Positions 10,560 to 21,759 of a stretch of 64,000 nucleotides of DNA are shown here, piece by piece. The position numbers and the translations under genes were made by a program. Positions within the stretch are counted from its first letter, which is position 1. Each line of letters starts with the position of its first letter. Source of the stretch: Ascoidea asiatica JCM 7603 (taxonomy: Eukaryota > Fungi > Ascomycota); assembly GCA_001600695.1 (NCBI GenBank), contig BCKQ01000004.1, positions 951,489-1,015,488 on the forward strand. The letters run 5' to 3'. Below the pieces are notes generated by a model. The model saw only the letters and a list, made by a program, of their open reading frames with translations. It was not told the origin of the DNA and ran no database searches.

Positions 10560-10875
10560 GCAATGCAAATTAACTTGATATTTTTTTTTAATTTATGATT
10601 CTTTCGTTCTTTTAATGTTTTATATACTTCAATTCATTTCTTTTTTTTATTATCAATGCTCATAAAGTTTAATTTTGGGACGTTAATTTGAATTAGTTTT
10701 TTTTGTTTTGATTTTTAGATTTCAGTTTTTTTTTCATTTTTTTTCTTAATTTTTTTTTTTAATATTTTTCTCAATCGTTTTTATTTAATCTATATATTTT
10801 TTTCTTACTTTTAACATTTGAAAAATTCATATGTCAACAAAAATAAATTACATGCATTTATACTGTCACTACTCT

Positions 10876-12054
10876 TTACTTTGTTTTCTTTATTCTTCCA
10901 GCTCTTTCTAAATTATCATCTGTTAAATAATACGCAGGATAGTAATCATTATCAATATTCAAATCTTTTGAGTTTGAAGAGTCTGTATCAAATTTTGAAC
11001 TTAATTTTAAGTGATTCAAATATTTTACCAAATGGTTATTATCATTATTAATATTATTATTACTTTTTGATAAATATGGATTTTTAATTGTAGTATTATA
11101 ACCACCTAAAGAGGTATAGCCAATATCATATAAATTACAATAATTTATATTAAATTTTAATAAAAACCACCAAATTTGCGGTAAATTCCAATTTAAAATT
11201 GGATTAATTCTTAAAAAAGAAGGCCAATCATTATTTGTTAATTGAAATTTTTTTAAATCATTTGCATATGGATCAGTTTTTCTAATGCCAATAAATATTG
11301 ATTTTTTCAAATTTTTTTTTAAATCAAGATAAATTTTAAAACCTTTTTTTAATTCGATATTTTTAAAAGAATCTAAGTTTAATTTAAGTTTTAAATTTAA
11401 ATTCAAATTATTTTCATTTTCATTTTTATTATTATAATAATTATATTTATAAATTGAGTTGTTTATAAATTGGTCCATTTCTTTGAAATTATCTTCATAA
11501 TTTATGTAAACAATATCTATTTCTAAAGGTTTTTGATTATTATTTTGTTTATTATTATCATTTAAATAGATTAAAATTAAAATTAACATTACCAAGCAAT
11601 CTTTACCACCATTATAGGATATTGAAATTTGATCTAAATTATATTTTTCAAAAGTTTCGTCAATTATATTTAAAGTTTCATTGATTTTCATTCTTATGTT
11701 TTTCTCAAATTGTTTTACTTCCTCATTATATATTTCTTGATCTTCTTTATCTTCTTTATTTTCATTATTTATACTGTTTTCATTGAGATTTTGTATTTTT
11801 TGTTGATCTTCCTCAGTTAAGAAATCTTTTAGTTCTTTTGACAATCTTGGTATACTATACAGCTCACTCATATCTTGATTTTGTATGGCATTTTGTATAT
11901 CATTTTTTAAATTATTTTCATTGTTGACTTCTGTATTATTTTCAGTATAAATTTGATTGATTTTTTCTTTAGTCATATTAAGGTAATAAAAACAAAAAAT
12001 TGAAAGAATTGAAGTGAATAAAAAAAATTTGAATAAGTTTCTATTAATTATCAT
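10876..12054 (-). CDS. FAD1: FAD synthetase (FMN adenylyltransferase, PAPS-reductase fold)
   Basis: SYNGGKDC, IGIRKTDP, RINPILNW, LYDIGYTSLGG and ERAGR motifs. Confidence 0.92.
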   Translation of the reverse strand: MIINRNLFKFFLFTSILSIFCFYYLNMTKEKINQIYTENNTEVNNENNLKNDIQNAIQNQDMSELYSIPRLSKELKDFLTEEDQQKIQNLNENSINNENKEDKEDQEIYNEEVKQFEKNIRMKINETLNIIDETFEKYNLDQISISYNGGKDCLVMLILILIYLNDNNKQNNNQKPLEIDIVYINYEDNFKEMDQFINNSIYKYNYYNNKNENENNLNLNLKLKLNLDSFKNIELKKGFKIYLDLKKNLKKSIFIGIRKTDPYANDLKKFQLTNNDWPSFLRINPILNWNLPQIWWFLLKFNINYCNLYDIGYTSLGGYNTTIKNPYLSKSNNNINNDNNHLVKYLNHLKLSSKFDTDSSNSKDLNIDNDYYPAYYLTDDNLERAGRIKKTK

Positions 12055-12614
12055 TACCCTTGTAATATTTTGGCTAATAATTCTACTGTTTTAACTATTT
12101 TGTACCTGATTTCTTTCACTGCTTTGTCTGTTGGTGATTGTTCTTTTATAAGTGATTATAGATTCTCTTCTCTTCTTTAGGTGATGTGATTAAATAGTTG
12201 ATCTTCTTTTTCACTCGACTCTGCAACGCTTCAGCTGCGAAAGAAAAGGCGGGAAGGACCCGAAACCCCCGGGAAACTGCGAGAGGGGAGTTCGGGTCAC
12301 ATAAAAATTTGCGGGGCGGTAATATTTTGAAAAAAGAGACCGGGTTTGTGGATCTTCTTTATATATATATATGGAAAGAAAACCCGGAAAAGTGGTCTCT
12401 ACTGGTTTTTGTGTAAGGTTAAAAGGCCAAGGCTATAACCGAAACTAAAAGATGGTGGTTTTATTCTTTATTGTTTTTTATTATTGTTTATTTTTTATTC
12501 CACTTTTTATTGTCTTTTGTTTGAGCGTCAAGTTTAATAAGTAATTAATTTAAATAGAACAATTCACTTTTAGAAGTCAATTCAATTCAACTAAGTCAAT
12601 TCAAGCTCAATTCA

Positions 12615-13199
12615 ATGAAGGCAGTTGATATCAATCTTTATTCTAAAACAAAAGGTAATGCCGCTGATAATGGCAATAACAACAATGATTATGAAGGGAA
12701 TAATACATCTATTAAAGATCCAATAGAAAAATTTATAACTGTTTATATGAAGAAATATTTACCAAATCTTATATATTTAATTACTTTGTTATATTACAGG
12801 AGCATTAAAAAAGAATTCAGGTTAAATTTGAAGGTTAATTATTATTACTCAATCATAGATGAATTCATGAACAAAAATAAACTATTCACAATTTTCAATC
12901 TGATTATTTATTCGATTATTTTGATTCCACTTAATTTATATTCAATCAATTTAATCTTGGGCGCTTTAACTTATTCATTGAGTAACTTAAATCTTTTACT
13001 AAATGGATTTACATTTGTTTCTTCAATTCAATTATTTAATTGTTTTTGGTCTCAGATTTTAATTTTACCGTTGGATTTAATTGGAATTATTTATGGTGTT
13101 TTAGCTAGGTTTTTTCAAATTTTTGAAAATTATTATTATTTTGCTGTATTAACTTCATATTTACCTGGTTTCCATTATTATGCAAATTCAAAAAAATAA
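12615..13199 (+). CDS. Hydrophobic hairpin membrane protein, possibly a divergent promethin/LDAF1-like protein
   Basis: 194-aa ATG ORF. YYSIIDEFMNKNKLFTIFNLIIYSIILIPL aligns without gaps to YLDSIIQFITLHPIFNSLVILNLSVFLFPI of the neighbouring gene. Confidence 0.5.
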   Translation: MKAVDINLYSKTKGNAADNGNNNNDYEGNNTSIKDPIEKFITVYMKKYLPNLIYLITLLYYRSIKKEFRLNLKVNYYYSIIDEFMNKNKLFTIFNLIIYSIILIPLNLYSINLILGALTYSLSNLNLLLNGFTFVSSIQLFNCFWSQILILPLDLIGIIYGVLARFFQIFENYYYFAVLTSYLPGFHYYANSKK

Positions 13200-13408
13200 T
13201 GTATAAGATAATATATACTATATAATATAATATGATATATGATATATTTGAAGAAAAAGCAAAATGTGAAATGCATTATAAATAATATGTAATAAAATAA
13301 ATGTAAAGAGTAAAGTAGACTATAAAGTAGAAAGTATAATTAAAAATAAATAGCAATACAATAGGTGATTGAAGGGAGAAAAAAAATGCTAAAAAATGAA
13401 AGAAAAAT

Positions 13409-14245
13409 TCAAATTTTTGAAGCTTTATCTCTTTCATCAGTGAATAATGCTTCTAATGGGTTTCTCAATGACTTTCTCCAAGTTCTGTATCCATTATCAT
13501 TGATTTTTTTTTCTTTATTCTTAACACCAGCCTGTGTAATATTAGCGCCCGTACCTTTATTAACATTATTAATAATATTTCCATGATTTTGATCTTCAGT
13601 GCCATCATTACCATCAAGGTCACCATCATTATCAGTATTATTATCATCTTGTGGATAAAAGACTCTCAAAACAAAAGCATAAGTTGTAATAGTTAAGGAA
13701 GTTAAACAAGTAATAGAAAGAAAAATAAAAGGACCAAATAAACCAACACCAATTATTGAAAAATTAATAAAAACAAAATGAACAAAAAAAAGCAAACTAC
13801 CAATTGTAGAATTTAATAAAAATGATAAAATTATGAAAAAAAGTATGAAAATTGGAAATAAAAATACTGATAAATTTAATATCACTAAACTATTGAAAAT
13901 TGGATGTAAAGTAATAAATTGAATTATTGAATCTAAATATGGTATTTTTTTAAAAAATTCTTTGATATTTTTATGAAAGTTTTTGATTGATTGATCAATT
14001 AAAATTTGTAGTAGTTTTGTTAATATTGATTCTTCCTGAAAATCATCAGTTCCATTTGCATTTACATTATCTTTTCCATTGTTATTATTTGTATTATTAT
14101 TATTATTTCCATTAATATTTCCAATTCCATTGTCACCTCTATCTTTGGGAATGTAATTATTAGTTGTATTATATCCAGCTTGAACAGGAACATTCTGATT
14201 TCTTGAAGTTGGATTCCTAATTGAGTTTCTATTTCTATTACTCAT
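13409..14245 (-). CDS. Promethin/LDAF1/Ldo16-like lipid-droplet hairpin membrane protein
   Basis: An HP motif is followed by about 80 nearly uncharged hydrophobic residues with hairpin prolines, flanked by N/D-rich tails. Confidence 0.55.
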   Translation of the reverse strand: MSNRNRNSIRNPTSRNQNVPVQAGYNTTNNYIPKDRGDNGIGNINGNNNNNTNNNNGKDNVNANGTDDFQEESILTKLLQILIDQSIKNFHKNIKEFFKKIPYLDSIIQFITLHPIFNSLVILNLSVFLFPIFILFFIILSFLLNSTIGSLLFFVHFVFINFSIIGVGLFGPFIFLSITCLTSLTITTYAFVLRVFYPQDDNNTDNDGDLDGNDGTEDQNHGNIINNVNKGTGANITQAGVKNKEKKINDNGYRTWRKSLRNPLEALFTDERDKASKI

Positions 14246-14758
14246 TTTCAGTTCAAAATTGTTGTGAAGTATCTTTTTAAAGGAGAATGGAAATTGGTGG
14301 TCGAGCTGTATCAGCGCTTAGAAATCAATATATTTTTCACTTATTTATTGAATTTGGGAACTTTTAAGAGCACTTCAAAGTAAACAAAAAAGAAAATTAT
14401 CAAAAAGAGTATAAGAAGAAAGAAGAAAAAACAAAAGAAACAAGAAGAAAAGAAGAAGAAAAGACGCCAAAGTACAGAGCCAGAGTCGTTCCACAAATAT
14501 GGCGTCAAATACGCATAGAATCTTTGATGCTCCGAGAAGCGGGTTTGAAGCGGCATACGAGCCTCGACGATTGAGAAAATATAAAAAAAAGGGTCCTCAC
14601 CAAACTTAAAAACAAAAACTAGGAATAAGAATAGGAATAGAATAAAAAATAGAGTAAATATAAACTATGTAAGGCGACTGATTAACGTATAATCCGAATT
14701 TCAAAAAAGAGAACTAAATAAACTTTTTTGGCTTTAGACTTGAAAAGTTGGAAGAGAT

Positions 14759-17700
14759 CTATCCTCTTAAATACGTTAAATGCTCTTTATAATTTCTATT
14801 GCTCCAGTCGTTGAAACCTTCACCATCTACAACACTGTTCAAATCATATAAATAACTCAAATAATTTCCCCATATCTTCGAACTTTCACTTAATACCTTT
14901 GAGTTACCAACCATTAAAATACCATTACAACCTCTAGTGATCAACGAATTAAATCTATTTTCGTCATTTATGAATTTCATTTGATCTAAGTTGTTATCTT
15001 TGGTTAAAATTTCAGATTTCACCGTTGAAATAATAATAAATTCCTTATAATGATCTTGAAATGATTCCAATGTACCAATTTCAATTCCTTTGACTTTGTT
15101 TATTATAGAGTTTTCAAATTCATTCACATTATTATCTTCAAATAATACAACTCTTTGCTTTGATGATAATTGCTTGAACTCAGTACCTGTTAAATCTTCT
15201 TCATTCTTATTAGTGTCATCTTCTTTGTTGTTTTCCATAATTGAATATCTTCTATTATAAAACTCCTCATATAACTGTTTGGCAAGCTGCATTCTTTGTC
15301 CAGTATATAATGTGATTATTCCAATTTTTTCATTACTTATATTACAAACCTCATTAAGGAATTTAATTAAAATAGCAATTTTCTTTACTTCTTCTTTATT
15401 CTCATATGTTATTTGATTAATAAAAAAATTATCAACATTGTTAAATTTCTTTTTATAGTAAAATTCTCTTTCTTTATAATATTTATTATTTATTTGATCC
15501 CAAAATAAAACTGGAATTGAAATCTTAGGTATTAATCTTTTATTCAAATTAACTTTTTTAATAATTATATCATTATCTTCTTTAACAAATCCATGAATTA
15601 AATTTCCTTTGTAGAAAAAATTAGAAGGAAATTTAACTAATTTTGAATTCATTCTATATTGTTCATTCAATAACATTGAAGTACAATTTTTATTGATTAA
15701 TACTCGATTAAATAATGAATCACTTAAATTAACATAATCTTCAACATTATTATTATTGTTGACATATGGTCTTAATTGTTTGATATCTCCAACTAAAATC
15801 AATTTATTGCAATTTCTACTAATTGGCAATAATGATAATCCGTTTGATGTTTGATTTGCATCATCAATAATAATTGAATCAAATTTAATATCTTCCAATC
15901 TAGAGTCTAATGAAGAAAAACATGTTGTAAAAATAACATCAAATGAATTAAAAAATTCATCAATAAATTTTTTCAAAACTTTATTATTTCTTTCTTTGAC
16001 AACTTCATCTTTTTCAAATTTATCATTCAAATAAATTTCAATTAAATCTTTCTCATTGGAATTTAAAATTAAATTATGAAAACTAAATTCTCCAATCTTT
16101 CTATTGATATTATATTCTTCTTCTTTTAAAATTGGAACTAATCTACAGATTTTTAAATCTCCATTTAACTCATTCAAATCTAAACAAGCTTTATCAACAG
16201 ATGAACTTACTCCAGAACAATATAGTATTGGTTTAGAGTTTTTCTTAACTAAATTAGATATTATCGAAGAAATTGTAATCGTTTTACCGGTACCTGTATA
16301 TCCATTAATTATTGAAAATTTATTCTGATAAACAAAATCAATTACTTTCTTTTGTAAAAAATTACAGTTTTCTGGATATAGAATTTCATTCAATGTTTGA
16401 TCATTTGGTGTTATGGTTAGGGGATTGAATTCAAAATTTTCAAATTTTTTACCTAAAATCAAATTCATTAAATATTCTTTTAATTCAATTTCTTTTGTTG
16501 AAATTCTGAAAAGTGTAATAATAATTCTTGAAAATACTAAATTAAAAGGTAAAATATTGAAAGATTTGTTATTAGAAACATTAATAGGTAACTCAAAATC
16601 TTTTTTTTTATTATCATTTGAACTTTTCTTTTCCTCATTTTTACGAATGTTGTCTTTATCAAGAAAATGTAAATCATCATCATCATAATAATCATCATCT
16701 TCTTCATTTTTGCCTAACATTTTCAATGCTTCACTAACTAAAGCATAATCATCATCATCTTTACCATATGGATCAATTAAAAAAGTATTATAAATATTTC
16801 CATCTGAAGATTCATAACTATATTGTAAAATTGATAATTTTAATTCTGGGTTATAATCATTATTTGGTAAATCTTCAATAAAACAAAACATCAATTTATA
16901 TAAATCTGGTTTCCCATTATCATAGGAATATTTTAATGCAATGATTTGATCATTACTCAAATATGGCAAATTATAATTCGTATTCAATCTGACAACTGCA
17001 GTCAAATCATTTAAGTTGAATTTGATTGATTTATATGGAATAAAAGCTAAATTTTTAGAAAATTTATGATTTTTATTATTTGAAGGCATCATTAATTGAT
17101 AGACTTGTTCATTGTAGATTAAATTTGTATTATGAAATAAAAATTCATTGAAAGTATCATAATATGAATCGATTTCTGGGGCTACTAAATTCACATCTAA
17201 GTCAAAATTTGGGGCAGAAGGTGACAATAATTTTTGATTTCTACTCTTAATTTTATCCATATTATCATTTTTAGATACAGCATTTGAGGAAGCGCTTTCG
17301 GATGAATATAAATATTGATTAAAATGATCATCATCATTATGCCAAAAGACATAGTCATCATTTAAATTTTCATTATTTATATCAGAACTCTCATTATTCA
17401 AAGAATTGTTAATTAAATGATGATTATGAGACTTGGAACTATTATTTTTAAAATTACTTTCATAAAGAAAAATATCAGCCAAATTAATATTGTTTAGTTT
17501 ATTTAGAATTTTGAAATTGTTTTTTTTCAAAATAAAACTATTGATATAATTTTTGTTTAAAACAAGAGAAATAAACTGATCACTCTCAATTTCTTGATTA
17601 TTGAAATATTTTGATTTAATATTATGTAAACAAGAATCGTTTTGTTCATTATTACAAAAAAAGATTAATTTTTTATTATCATTAGTTAAATTTGCATCAT

Positions 17701-18934
17701 TGGTTAAAGTAAAATCAACTAATTCATTTGAGATTTTATTAATTAGAATGAAATTTAAATCATTTAAGTTTGAATTTGAACAAGATTCACATTTTATTAG
17801 TAATAAATTGATATTTGAATAATTTATCAAACTAAAAGAATTATGATTATTGAATTTCATATGAAGAAAAAAATGGGAAGAATTATTTAATGAATTACCT
17901 GAATTACAAAAGATTTTTTTACAATCATTACAATGAATCAAATAGTTTGAATTAAAATCATTACAATAAGAGCAATGAGAATTTAATAATTTTGTATTTG
18001 AAATTGTATTATTCAATTTACTTGAATCTAATTTTGAATCTGAATTAGAGTTTAAATTATTTGAATTGATTGAGAATTTATTCAATTTTTCTAAAATTGA
18101 AGAATTTTTGTTTTTTTTGAAAAAACTATTTCTTTTAGAAGAATTTGACCTTGATAATGAGTTTCTTTTCGCGTGATTTGAGTGATTTGAATTTGAGTTA
18201 TTTGAATTATTTGTATTATTATTTGCAAAAGAAGAAGGATTATAATTATTGAAATTATTACTTATAATTGGAGAACTTATTGGTACATTATTATTGGTAT
18301 TTTGAATGGCAGTATGGGTAATATTGTTATTATTTTGGGTATTATTTGGAATATTGTTTTGATAAGAAGAATTTCTATTATTATTTATTGAATTTCTTTT
18401 ATTGAAAGAAGCAGAAGTGTTTCTCTTATGGTATATACTACTTCTTCTACTTGAAGAGGAATCATTTGAATTATTATTATAAGAATTATTGTTATTATAA
18501 CTGTTGTTAGAAATGTTGTTGTTGTAGTTGTTATAGTTATTGTTATTATTATAGTTGTTATTGTTGTTGTTATTGTTATAGTTGTTGTAGCTATTGTTAT
18601 TGTTATTGTTATTGTTATTATAGTTATTATTGTTATTATTATAGTTATTGTTATTGTTATTGTTATTGTTATTGTTATTGTTATTGTTATTGTTATTGTT
18701 ATTATTATTATAATTGTTGTTATTATTGAAGGTATAATTAGACATTAATGGACTATTAACTCTTGAATTATTCATTAAATTGGTATTGATATTAGCATTG
18801 TTGTTTATATTATTATTTATATTATTATTCAAATCTAATTGAAGATTCAAATTAGTATAATCCAATTTTGAAAAACGTTTTGAATGACGTTTTTGATGAG
18901 TTGGTTTATTTGAAACATTAACTTCAGTTACCAT
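14759..18934 (-). CDS. Upf1/Ecm32-like SF1B helicase with Cys/His zinc domain, N-rich N-terminus and degenerate motifs
   Basis: The CH domain is HCSYC..IHCNDCKKIFCNS..SHFFLHMKFNNH..KCESC. Helicase motifs: GYTGTGKT, IIDDANQ, LVGDIKQLRP, EQYRM, IGIITLYTGQ, SFQDHYKEFIIIS, RFNSLITRG. Confidence 0.8.
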   Translation of the reverse strand: MVTEVNVSNKPTHQKRHSKRFSKLDYTNLNLQLDLNNNINNNINNNANINTNLMNNSRVNSPLMSNYTFNNNNNYNNNNNNNNNNNNNNNNNNNNNNYNNNNNNYNNNNNNNNNSYNNYNNNNNNNNYNNNNNYNNYNNNISNNSYNNNNSYNNNSNDSSSSRRSSIYHKRNTSASFNKRNSINNNRNSSYQNNIPNNTQNNNNITHTAIQNTNNNVPISSPIISNNFNNYNPSSFANNNTNNSNNSNSNHSNHAKRNSLSRSNSSKRNSFFKKNKNSSILEKLNKFSINSNNLNSNSDSKLDSSKLNNTISNTKLLNSHCSYCNDFNSNYLIHCNDCKKIFCNSGNSLNNSSHFFLHMKFNNHNSFSLINYSNINLLLIKCESCSNSNLNDLNFILINKISNELVDFTLTNDANLTNDNKKLIFFCNNEQNDSCLHNIKSKYFNNQEIESDQFISLVLNKNYINSFILKKNNFKILNKLNNINLADIFLYESNFKNNSSKSHNHHLINNSLNNESSDINNENLNDDYVFWHNDDDHFNQYLYSSESASSNAVSKNDNMDKIKSRNQKLLSPSAPNFDLDVNLVAPEIDSYYDTFNEFLFHNTNLIYNEQVYQLMMPSNNKNHKFSKNLAFIPYKSIKFNLNDLTAVVRLNTNYNLPYLSNDQIIALKYSYDNGKPDLYKLMFCFIEDLPNNDYNPELKLSILQYSYESSDGNIYNTFLIDPYGKDDDDYALVSEALKMLGKNEEDDDYYDDDDLHFLDKDNIRKNEEKKSSNDNKKKDFELPINVSNNKSFNILPFNLVFSRIIITLFRISTKEIELKEYLMNLILGKKFENFEFNPLTITPNDQTLNEILYPENCNFLQKKVIDFVYQNKFSIINGYTGTGKTITISSIISNLVKKNSKPILYCSGVSSSVDKACLDLNELNGDLKICRLVPILKEEEYNINRKIGEFSFHNLILNSNEKDLIEIYLNDKFEKDEVVKERNNKVLKKFIDEFFNSFDVIFTTCFSSLDSRLEDIKFDSIIIDDANQTSNGLSLLPISRNCNKLILVGDIKQLRPYVNNNNNVEDYVNLSDSLFNRVLINKNCTSMLLNEQYRMNSKLVKFPSNFFYKGNLIHGFVKEDNDIIIKKVNLNKRLIPKISIPVLFWDQINNKYYKEREFYYKKKFNNVDNFFINQITYENKEEVKKIAILIKFLNEVCNISNEKIGIITLYTGQRMQLAKQLYEEFYNRRYSIMENNKEDDTNKNEEDLTGTEFKQLSSKQRVVLFEDNNVNEFENSIINKVKGIEIGTLESFQDHYKEFIIISTVKSEILTKDNNLDQMKFINDENRFNSLITRGCNGILMVGNSKVLSESSKIWGNYLSYLYDLNSVVDGEGFNDWSNRNYKEHLTYLRG
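18460..18730. repeat. Coding (TTGTTA/TTA)n microsatellite encoding poly-Asn with interspersed Tyr
   Basis: Long runs of ttgtta are visible at 18540-18720. Confidence 0.85.
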
Positions 18935-20267
18935 TTTGAAGTGATATTGGAATACTATTATATTATCAATATATAAACATATGATTATATTATTATTATT
19001 AATATAATTGTAATTTTACTGGTAATGATCTAGAAAGATAACGAAGTGATATTCTATGATATAATACAATATAATAGATAATGAAGAAAAAGAGCTAATG
19101 TTAAAGAGCTTTTGGCTTAAATAATGAAGAACAATTAGGTCCATTAATTCGAGGTATGAATGAAGAAAAAAAATAAAAGAATGAATAGATGAAGTTAGTG
19201 GAAAAATAATTGGAAATAGAGAAAAAGAGCAAATAGAACAGCGCGACAGTTTATCAGCGGTCGAAGCAAAGTTAAGATTCAATTAACCGTAAACTTTACC
19301 AGTGAAAACGGCGAGTGGAAACGCGGCACCGTGCGTTACGCATCTCTGGTAAGTTTCAACCGCGCAACTTAATTTCAGGACACAATTACTGCAGGGGAAA
19401 AAGTGTTCTTGCATACTTTGGACACGTACCTGAGGGGCTTTGTCCGGAACATTTGTCCTGAAAACGCGGTATAGTCACGGGAAATAATCCGTCTTTAAAA
19501 CAGAATGCGTTGACGTGCTGTTCAAACGCGGAAAATTAATCCGGAAGGGGTGCCCTAATAAAAACCAGTGGTGTGGATGCTACTTTTACTTGGCTCGGCT
19601 GTCTCCTAGCAAAAGCAAGACCAAGAAATCACGTGATATTTATACAGCATTTCGGAATTATCGGGCTGACTAAGCTGCTAGCTAAACTTTTTTAATATCC
19701 GCTATCATAATCCGGCTTTAGCGGCGGAAATAGCTGCTTGCGGCGCGTGTGTGCGGTGTGTGGCTGCAGCTTGGTTGGACCAGTGTCATGGGGCTTTGGA
19801 ATTCTTTGTCACTTTTCACTTGGCTTTTCATGCTTTTGCTTTTTGCTTTTTCAGATTCTCGTCACTTTGATTGATTTCATATCATTCAATTTTATTTATT
19901 TTAATACAAGAATATATTTGAAAATATAAGAATATATTTAAGCATACATATGAAAATATATAAAAATAAAGAGAAAATATATAAAAATAAAGAGAAAATA
20001 TAAGTTTGGCTTGTATATTTCTTCCGTAATTTCCATTAGTCTTTATCATTTTCTACTAAGTTCCATCACTTCTCAGTCCTTTTCTTTAAGAAATATAAAT
20101 ATATCAAAGATACAATCAAGAAAATCAAAAAAAAATAGGAAAAAAACATATTCACTCATTAGTAACATTAACATTAGCATCAGCATATCAACATTGACGC
20201 ATTATTGAAATATTTATCTATTTAGATATTGAGTATCCGTTTTTATTAAATTTTCAATAAAAACAAA

Positions 20268-21590
20268 ATGACAACCTCAAATCAAGAATCTGATATAAAT
20301 TCATTTGAAGAATCAAAAGAAGCTAAAGAAGTTAAAAAATTAAGTGATTTAAAAAATATTAAAAATTCAAATTTAAGTTCAAAATCTACATCAAATTTAA
20401 TTCTTGAAATAATTACAAATTTTATTGAATTAAATTATAGAAATACTTGGTTAACTCCAGGTTTATTATATTTTTCAACTTTATCAATATATTTATTAAG
20501 TAATAATTATAATGATTCAAATCCCTTACATAAATTCATTTGTTTATCATATAATACACATGTTTATGATTTAAAAACAAATGGTATATTATATGATAAA
20601 GGTTATAAAGATTTATGTTTTATATTATTTTATATGATTTTTTTTACCTTTTTAAGACAATTTATTATGGAATTTGTTTTATATCCTTTAACTCTTTTAA
20701 ATTATTTTAAAAAACATATTGATGGTAAAAATGATAAAAAAAGATTAAGATTTATTGAACAATCATATTCTGTTTTTTATTATGCAATATCTTCTCCATT
20801 TGGTTTATATACAATGTATAATATGCCAATTTGGTATTTTAATACAACTGAATTTTATAAAACTTATCCACATTATACAAATCCATTTTATTTAAAATTA
20901 TTTTACCTTTTACAAGCTTCATTTTGGTCTCAACAAGCAACAATGCTTTTATTACAAGTTGAAAAACCAAGAAAAGATTTTAAAGAATTAGTATTTCATC
21001 ATATTGTAACAATGTTATTAATTTATTGTTCTTATACTTTTCATTTTACTTGGATTGGTGTTGCAATATATATCACCATGGATGTTTCTGATTTATTCTT
21101 AGCAACATCAAAAATTTTAAGTTATTTAGATTCAATTTTTGTTGGACCTTTTTTTGCAATATTTGCATCAGTTTGGATTTATACAAGACATTATTTAAAT
21201 TTAAAAATTTTATATAGTGTATTAACAGAATTTAGAACTGTTGGTCCATATGTTTTAAATTTTAAAACTGGTCAATATAAATGTATTATAAGTCAACCGA
21301 TTGTATTTTTTTTATTATCTTGTTTACAATTAGTTAATCTTTATTGGTGTTTTTTAATTTTAAGAATTGCTGTAAGATTCGTTTATAATGGTGAAGCAAA
21401 AGATGATAGAAGTGATGATGAAATAGAAAATGAAGAAATCAATAATAAAATTGAAGAAATTAATAATAAAAATGAAGATAATAATGATGATGGAAATTCA
21501 ATTAAAAAACTAAAAAGTAAAATAAATATTATTGATGGTAATACTAATGGTAATATTGTCAACTCACATGAACCAAAAAAAAATAAATAA
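20268..21590 (+). CDS. LAC1: Ceramide synthase (TLC domain), LAC1/LAG1 family, copy 1
   Basis: Lag1p motif RKDFKELVFHHIVTMLLIYCSYTFHFTWIGVAIYITMDVSDLFLATSK and C-terminal DDRSDDE. Confidence 0.9.
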   Translation: MTTSNQESDINSFEESKEAKEVKKLSDLKNIKNSNLSSKSTSNLILEIITNFIELNYRNTWLTPGLLYFSTLSIYLLSNNYNDSNPLHKFICLSYNTHVYDLKTNGILYDKGYKDLCFILFYMIFFTFLRQFIMEFVLYPLTLLNYFKKHIDGKNDKKRLRFIEQSYSVFYYAISSPFGLYTMYNMPIWYFNTTEFYKTYPHYTNPFYLKLFYLLQASFWSQQATMLLLQVEKPRKDFKELVFHHIVTMLLIYCSYTFHFTWIGVAIYITMDVSDLFLATSKILSYLDSIFVGPFFAIFASVWIYTRHYLNLKILYSVLTEFRTVGPYVLNFKTGQYKCIISQPIVFFLLSCLQLVNLYWCFLILRIAVRFVYNGEAKDDRSDDEIENEEINNKIEEINNKNEDNNDDGNSIKKLKSKINIIDGNTNGNIVNSHEPKKNK

Positions 21591-21759
21591 ATAATGAATG
21601 AGAAAATTAAATAAATAATTTATAAAAAAATTTACAAAATTTTCAAAAAGAGTTCACTAATCTTATTTAATTTATATAAACTATATTTTTGTTAAATCAT
21701 TTAGCTCTTACTTTTTAATATATAATAAACGAAATGAAGTATTTTGCTAATTATAATAT

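Noticed and set aside
19628-19640. ATCACGTGAT as a possible point-centromere CDEI
   Set aside because: No AT-rich CDEII or CDEIII follows, so it is likely an ordinary Cbf1-type promoter site.
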